NCBI RefSeq assembly: GCF_009914755.1 | Contig: NC_060935.1 | Reading direction: 5' to 3' (one strand) | Length of the DNA: 64,000 bases | Source of the DNA: the human T2T-CHM13v2.0 reference genome, Homo sapiens | In this document: positions 1-64,000 of the stretch, one piece after another | Layout of the letters: each line of letters opens with the position of its first letter | Numbering within the stretch: position 1 is the first letter of the stretch | Notes under the pieces: generated by a model | The model's database searches: none | Told to the model about the DNA's origin: nothing | What the model saw: only the letters and a program-made list of their open reading frames with translations | Made by a program: the position numbers and the translations under genes

Positions 1-1056
<1,056 letters not shown>

Positions 1057-1248
1057 TGATTTTGTATTTTGATATAATTTCAAACTTATTAGAATTGTAA
1101 AGATAGTAAGATAAACTCTCACATACCCTTTATATAGATTGTTATTTTTCCCATTTCCTTTATCATTTATGCTCTTTTTTTATAAACATGTATACATTAT
1201 TTTCTAAATAATTTGAGAGTCAATTGAAGGCATCAGCCCCCTTACCCC

Positions 1249-1670
1249 TGTCTTAGTTTGTTTTCTGTTGCTATAATAGAATACCAAAGACTGGGTAATT
1301 TATAAAGAATAAAAGTTTATTTGGTTCATGGTTCTGGAGGCTGGGAAGTCCAAGAGCATCTGGCGAGAGTCTCATCCCATGGTGGAGGGTATCACATACT
1401 GATGAGACATGAATATGAGACAGAGAGAGGAGAGAGGAAATCAGGCAAAACTCATCCTTTTTATCAGGAATCCATTCCCATGATAACTAACCCACTCCCA
1501 TGATCAGAACATTGATCCCTTCATGTGAGTTAAGCCCTCTTAGCTCATTGATCCCTTCATGTGGGTTGAGCCCTCTTAAAGACCCCATCTCTTAAAACTG
1601 TTACTATGGCAATTAAGTTTCCAACACATTAACTTTTGGGAGACACATTCAAATCATTCAAATCATAGCA
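1249..1670. mobile_element. MaLR LTR (MST/MLT1A-like)
   Basis: tgtcttagt...actgggtaatttataaag...acattcaaatcatagca. Confidence 0.78.
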
Positions 1671-2245
1671 ACTCCTGTATATGTCAGTATGTTTTTTCTG
1701 TGAATGAGGACATTTCATTTTATAACTATAGTACAATGATCAAAGATTAGGAAATTTCACTCTGATACAACTCTGTTATCTAATCTCCAATCTTTATTCA
1801 AAATTTGGCAATTGTTCTAATAATGTCCTTTATTACTATATTTTTTCGTTCTTCAGGATCCAAACCAGAATTATGTATTGAATTTAGTGCTCACTTCTGT
1901 TTAGTCTCTCTTATATGGAACAGTTCCTCAGCCTTTGTGTTTTCCTTACTTGCTTCAAGGCATGACAACTCTGTAATACGATTGGAACATTCCAAGCCTC
2001 CTTCCCCACTCCAGATGAGACCAAAAATAGAATTTAGCTGAGATCTTGCTGGGTACTTTCCCCTTCTCTTTTCTGCTTTTTTTTTTACTCCTGTAGAGGC
2101 TCTTGTTTCCCTGAAGATCATTCCTTCAATAAATCACATTTCTCCCAATCCCTGTCTCAGGGTCTGCTTCTGGGGAACTCAACCTAAAAGAATATGTATT
2201 AGGCCAAGCTCATTCACTGTTTTATTCAAATATTCTATAGACACA

Positions 2246-2551
2246 TTTTTTTTTTTTTTTTTTTTTGAGTCAGGGACTCACTCTGTCACCCAGGCTGGAG
2301 TGCAGTGGCATGATTTTGGCTTACTGCAACCTCCACCCCCTTGGGCTCAAGCCATCCTCTCACCTCAGCCTCTTGAGTAACTGGGACTACAGACATGGGC
2401 CACCGTACCTGGCTAATGTTTGTATTTCTTTTATAGAGGCAGGGTTTTACCATGTTGTCCAGGCTGGTCTCGAACTCCAAGCTCAAGTGATCCTCCCACC
2501 TCGCCCTCCCAAAGTGCTGGGATTATAGGCATGAGCCACCACACCCAGCCA
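2246..2551 (-). mobile_element. Alu (AluJ-like)
   Basis: T-tail plus Alu consensus. Confidence 0.9.
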
Positions 2552-2757
2552 AGACACAATAATTTTTTAACCTCCATTGTCTTTCAGTTTCTGAGAGGTA
2601 TATGTTAAATATCCCTTCCTACCTACAACTATAGATTTGTTCATTTCTGCTTGCTGTTCTTTCAGTTTTTGCAACATGTATTTTAAAATCATATTTTAAA
2701 CTCATTTTAAAATACATGTTTTCACTCTCTTTTGTTTTGTCATAGTACTCTAATCAC

Positions 2758-3062
2758 TTTTTTTTTTTTTTTTTGAGATGGAGTTTCATTCTTGTCGCCT
2801 AGGCTGGAGTGTAGTGGCGCAATCTTGGTTGGCTCACTGCAACCTCTGCCTCCAGGGTTCAAGTGATTCTCCTACCTCAGCCTCCCGAGTAGCTAGGATT
2901 ACAGGTGCCCACCACCACGCCTGGCTAATTTTTGTATTTTTAGTAGACATAGGGTTTCGCCTCGTTGGCCAGGCTGGTCTCAAACCCCTGACCTCACGTG
3001 ATCCGCCCACCTCAGCCTCCCAAAGTGCTGGGATTACAAGTGTTAGCCACCTCGCCCCACCA
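2758..3062 (-). mobile_element. Alu (AluS-like)
   Basis: T-tail plus Alu consensus. Confidence 0.92.
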
Positions 3063-3416
3063 GTACTAACCACCTTTTTATGTACACCATAAATTATGTA
3101 TTTATTATGTTTGCTGTCTCTCTCCCTCCTCCTGGAGGGGCAATGACTTGAGCACTCATTCACTAATATATCTCTAGTGCTTACTGTAGGGTATGCCATT
3201 TAGTAGGTGCTCAGTAATTTTTGTTGAGTGAATGAATGACAAGTATGAATTTTTAACCATATCGTTCTCCCAAGCAGAATAAGAACCTTAGCATTATCAT
3301 ACTTTCCTTTCCCTTCTCTCTTCCTCCCTCTATTCTTCCCATTACTCTTATATTGGTATCTCCTGGAATCTTCTTCAAGATTGTTATGAACATTCTTGTT
3401 TTATAACCTACTCCTT

Positions 3417-4285
3417 TGTCTTAGTCCACTCAGGCCTCTATAACAAAATACCATAATCTGGGTGGCTTACAAACAACAAACATTTATTCTTGGAAGCTAG
3501 GAAGTCCAACATCAAGGTGATGACAGATTCAGACTCTGGCAAGGGCTCAGTCCTCATAGGTGGCACCTTCTCACCACAGAAGGGACTAGCCAGCTCTCTG
3601 GGGCCTTTTAAAAATAAAATTGACAAATAAAAATGGAATATATTCAAGGTGTACAATGTGATGACTTGATAGATGTATACATTGTGTAATGATTACCACA
3701 GTCAAATTAATTAACACATCCATCACCACACAGGCTGTACATTAGATTCCCAGAACTTGTTCATCTTATAACTAAAAGTTTGAACCCTTTGAATAGAACT
3801 GTCATATGATCCAGCAATCCCACTTCTGTGTATATACCCAAAGGAAATGAAATCAGTATCTCAAAGAGATATCTATACCCCCATTTTTATTGCAGGATTA
3901 TTCACAATAGCCAAGATATAGAAACATCGATGTGTCCATCAATGGATGAATGATTAAAGAAATTGTGATATTAATACATATATACAATGAAATATTATTC
4001 AGTCACAAAAAGAAGGAAATAATGCCATTAGTGACAACACGTATGAACCTGGGGACATTATGCTAAGTGAAATAAGCCAGACAAGGAAAGACAAATACTG
4101 TATGATCTAGGACTTCTTTTTTTTTTTTTTTTTTTTTTTTTTAAGGGCACTAATCCTATTCCTGAGACTGGAGACCTCATGATCTAATCACCTCCCCAAA
4201 GACTCCACCTCATAATACCGTCACCTTATGGGTTCAGATTTCAAAATATGAATTTTGGAGGGACACAAACACACAGGCCATAGCA
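3417..4285. mobile_element. MaLR LTR (MLT1A-like) interrupted by a 5'-inverted L1MA-like insertion (about 3610-4110)
   Basis: LTR halves at about 3417-3605 and 4143-4285; L1 segments in opposite orientations lie between them. Confidence 0.7.
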
Positions 4286-4537
4286 CTACTTAAAATTAAC
4301 AATATGTCTCACAAATTTCTTTGCCCATCAAATCTTTTGTAGAATACTTTATCCTCTTGGATTCATTTTCCTCTGCATGGAATATATTAATACTATTCCT
4401 AATTGTTTTAAGGGAGAATCTGTGGATGGAAAATTTTCTGAGTCTTTGTATATCTAAAAATGTTTTTATTTATCCTCAAACTTTAATGATATTCTGGCTA
4501 GGTATAGAATTCCAAGTTTTTTATTGTTATCATTACT

Positions 4538-4869
<332 letters not shown>

Positions 4870-6055
4870 TAAAAATGTATACTGATTACGTTCTATGGTA
4901 TTAGCAATTATTATTGTTGTCGTTGGTATGGTTTTATCCTAATGGCACTCAGTAGGCTCTTTCAATGTGAGATTATACATTCTTTTTACAAACATTTACT
5001 GTGGAACTACCCCATGCCAGGCACTGTGTCAAGCAATAGAAAAATGAAATAAGGTGTAACAGAGATCGCCTCCTAAAGGAGCTTACAGTGTAGTGGATGA
5101 GTTATATAAATAACAAAATGATGGTGCATTGGACTAAGGGTTATGAAGTGGGAAGCACTGGGTATTAGGGAGTATTGTTAGAACATGGAAGAAAACATCT
5201 CACTTAGTCTCATATACAAAATCATCTTATGCATAGGGCATGTTTGTATATGATGTCCCGTGCTTAGGACTTAACTGTCTTATGCTTGGGTCTGAGAAGA
5301 CTGGGGCTTGAGCTCATGGATACCAGAAGTACAATTCACAGAACCAATCAGTTCTAATCACAAGCTCTAGGGAGCATCAAAAGGAACAGGAAAGCAGGGA
5401 AGACAAAGGATCCATCTGGCCAAGCATAGCTTTCTGGTACCTCTTCTCTGTTCCTCAACAGTAAAAGCCCAGAGCATTGGCAATTGTCAGCAGCCTTTAT
5501 AGGCTGAGGAACCTCCCAGATCTGAAAGAACTCACAAAAAGGCTCCCAGGCTTTTATTCCACATTCCCTCTCCTCTAATAGAAAGTCTATATCAGTGCCC
5601 AGAAACAGCTTCTATTATAACATAAACCAATATCATTCTACTCAGCAGGCCACATCACCTAGCCTAATTATTATCCAGAGTCCATATCCTGAAATTATTG
5701 TTTAGCCTTATTTATCCCATCTTTTTCTTTTTGTCTCTTCTGTGCATTGTGAACCTCTATATTTACATATACACAAATTTTCTGAGTTCCACCCTGGGGG
5801 TTTTCAGTAGACAGGCCTGGCCTACCACATTAGCACACTGTGACCTCTCAATATATGTTCTCTATTTCACATCTTCTCTGGTCAAATAAAATTTGAGGGG
5901 GTGGGGTAGGGTAAACTCTACTAAAAAGGAGCCCTCCATATGTATATCTAGGTTCTAGGTCCCAGACTCCAAGACCTGAGAGTTTGCACAGACTAGTGGG
6001 TGGCTGGTTTGCTCTCCATCCCCCTATCTGGTGAGTTTCCACTCTATGCTCACAG

Positions 6056-58457
<52,402 letters not shown>

Positions 58458-58470
58458 GCCCGTCTACCAA

Positions 58471-58476
58471 AATAAA
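58471..58476 (+). terminator. Polyadenylation signal AATAAA of DNHD1
   Basis: AATAAA 13 nt after the stop codon, with G/T-rich sequence downstream. Confidence 0.8.
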
Positions 58477-60038
58477 GTTGTAGTGATTCCATGAAAGATT
58501 TCTGAGATATGGGGGTAGAGTAGGGTGTGTGCACACCAAGAAGGCAGAATGTGACACACTAGGAGAAAGGTACAGTGTGCATAACTGAGAAAAGAGGAGG
58601 TATATTCACACCGAAGGTAGAAGAGGGCATGTGCCTGGCAGCCGGGAAGGGGAAAGTGTGGGTACAGTTGGGGTGGGGTGGGACTTGGTGTTAATCATGT
58701 ATCCAAGAAGCTAGGCAGACCCAGCAGTGGCTGACACACAGAATCCTAAATCCTTGCCCCGCTCTCTACTGTGGTCTCAGCACTTGTGCTAAATCCACAA
58801 GGGATATGTTTGAAAGGAGAACATTAGCACTCAAAATTCTTTCTTAAGGCATTTAGTGGTGTTCTTGGCAGTGCCTCAATCCTGCCCTACCACTCATTCC
58901 TCTCCTACGATGGATTCTCTCAGTGAGTCATGCATATGAAAAAAGCCAAGTAAGATACAAGGTCCTATGTTCATTCAACAATTATTCATTGAGCATTCCT
59001 TGGAACCAGGTATTCTTCTATGTGCTAATAAGGTTATTCTAGTGTAGGGCAACAGGCAATAAAAGGCCAACATATAAATAATTTTGATGATTTTGAAGTC
59101 CTATAAAGAAAACAAAATAGACCGATGCGTCAAGAGGGTATGTGATGAGACGGGAGCAGTCAGTATAATCTGAGTGGTCAAGGAAGCTTTCTGCATATTT
59201 GAAAGTAGCTATTTAAAGATCTAGAAGGAATATTCATTCAGGTAGAGCCCTCAGTAGGTACAAAAGTCTTGAGGCAGGAACAACCTTGAAGTGTTCAAGA
59301 AACAGCGTATGCAGCCAGAGCATGGCGAGTGAGGGGCAGAGCGACCCAAAATGATGGGAACGTATAGAAAGGGGTGGCTCACGTGGCCGTGGTAATGATC
59401 TTGTATTTTTCAAAAGTATAATGAGAATGTATTGTCAAATAGTAGGTGGGAGAGTATATGATCTAATTTGCATTTTTTCAAAGGTCACTCTGCCTGTTCT
59501 ATGGTGGATGGATGCTAGAAAAGCCAGGGTGACAAGGTAGAAGATCTATTTGGACCCAACTGAAGTAATTCAAGTAAGGGATAATGGAGTTTGGGCAAGG
59601 GTTTAAATAGAGATGAAGAACTGACAGATTTAAGAACTATTCTGGAGGTAAAACCAGCAGGACTGATGGAATGGATGTGGAGAATAAAGGAAGAGGAAGA
59701 ATCTAGGGTGATTTGGATTTTAAGCTTGAGAAACTAGGTGTATCATGTGTCATTAACTGAGATGGGAAATTTGAGGGAGCAAGCAGCTGGAGCTAAGGAA
59801 TCAAGAGTTCTGCTGCTTTGATATTTTCTGTTATTATTAGTTGCATGACTGCCTGCTAGGCCAGGGCGAGCCTGTCCGACAAAAGTTGAGTTAGAGTATG
59901 GCAGAACCAAAGGCCTATATGAGCTTCACTCCTTGCCCCCAAGCATCAAAACTTACGTAGTATTAATAAACTCAGCTCCCTTGCTCTATGGCTAGGTACC
60001 AGCTACGTGGTGGGAGGAAATGCAAACAGAAGTGTATA

Positions 60039-62698
<2,660 letters not shown>

Positions 62699-64000
62699 TA
62701 CTGAGCATCACTCTTCACAACCTCTTCAAAATGGTAACTCACCAGTGAGTGTGGTGCAACTGATGTTCTTTAACAAAAGGCTGAGCAGAGAGGCAAAAAC
62801 TCCCACTTTCCTCAGAGCCCTTTTCTACAGTCAACTAGGGTGCATGGCTGTGCCTTCAGGAAAGGAGATAAGTAGAGTATTAAAAGAAGTCCTTTTGGAA
62901 AAATGAACCATCTGTCTATGTTTACCATTACCACTATTTGTCCTCCAGTGGGAGCAGGGAACAATAGTGAGATATCTGTAAAACCATCTGAAATTGGTTA
63001 GAATATTTTCTACATATCCATGCCATTTTCTAGACTGAAGTCATTCTTGAATTATGCCCAGCCAAGTTGTTAAACTTTGTCTAGTAGAGATTATTAAATG
63101 AGTTCCATATGACAGCATAGCCCAAATACAATGACTGCTATGTAAAAATGTTCCAGATTTGATAATTGCACTATTAAGTTCTACTAGAGCAATTAAAATC
63201 CCATTAGGAAGTTAAAATCCCAAACAATGAAAGGAAGGAAGAAGTAAGAGGCTTGACAAAGGGGAGAAATATGTCTCTTCCCATTCTGATGAACGGGGGT
63301 AAATGGAGTAGAGACAAGAAAGGGAAGAATATGATGTAATCAACCTGACCTGGGGCTGCGAAGCCTCAGAGAAGGAAGCAGCAGCGCCAAGGGCAAAGAG
63401 GCTTTTGCCTTTTCCCTACTGGGACTGTGGAAGGAAGCTGTTCTGTAGCACGGATGGACTAACTGTGGTCCCAACAGCATTAAGAGAGCAGAGCAGCATG
63501 GTCAGGAAGAGGTGTCTCTTAATCCCTATATGGCGTAGATACTGACTAGAGAGGCTTTAGGCCCACAGGAGTATGAGGCAGAGAATCACTGGGGTTTCCA
63601 GCACCAAAGAGAGTTGTTGAGAGAGGGCCAAACTGGGGGGAGTGGGGAGGAACAGGGGGCACAAGACCACAAATTCATCAGCTTTAGAGGCAAATGTTGG
63701 CAGAATGCCCAGGTATGAAACTGAGCCAACTACCCAGAGGATTCCAACTTGTGCACAACCAAAGCCAGTGTTAGGCTTGAGGATCCCTTCAGTCTAACAT
63801 CAAAAGGTCACATAAGCCCTCCTCTCTATACCCAGATGCCACTTTAGAGAGGAGCAGCATTAGAATGGGAGGAATTTAAAATTCTGAGCATTTATTTCAA
63901 AGAGAATAAATGAAACCTAATGAAATGAAACCAAATTTATTTCCAGCCTCTTCCACTACCCAGTGAAGAGGAAGGAGTAAGATTTGTGAGGAAAATCAGA

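Overview
Primate genomic DNA (human or great ape; Alu-rich). It carries most of one + strand gene that I recognise as DNHD1 (dynein heavy chain domain 1). I traced 37 coding exons from 6056 to the TGA at 58455-58457. All have GT-AG boundaries with consistent phases and sum to 12,792 nt (about 4,263 aa). The 5' end of the gene lies upstream of the window. The protein has dynein tail/linker, AAA1-AAA6, stalk/microtubule-binding domain (MTBD) and C-terminal motifs, but its AAA1 Walker A/B are degenerate. Introns and flanks hold Alu, L1, L2, MIR and MaLR/ERVL LTRs, and a near full-length Tigger1 lies downstream. No prokaryote-type novel system is present. The best leads are a possible pseudo-ATPase motor, two perfect Maf-recognition palindromes straddling a splice acceptor, a stop-free 90-nt in-frame intron, giant exons, an LTR with an in-frame ATG just upstream of an internal exon, a 3' CpG island and two perfect 17-bp inverted repeats. 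Repeat subfamily calls are by eye and their boundaries are approximate.
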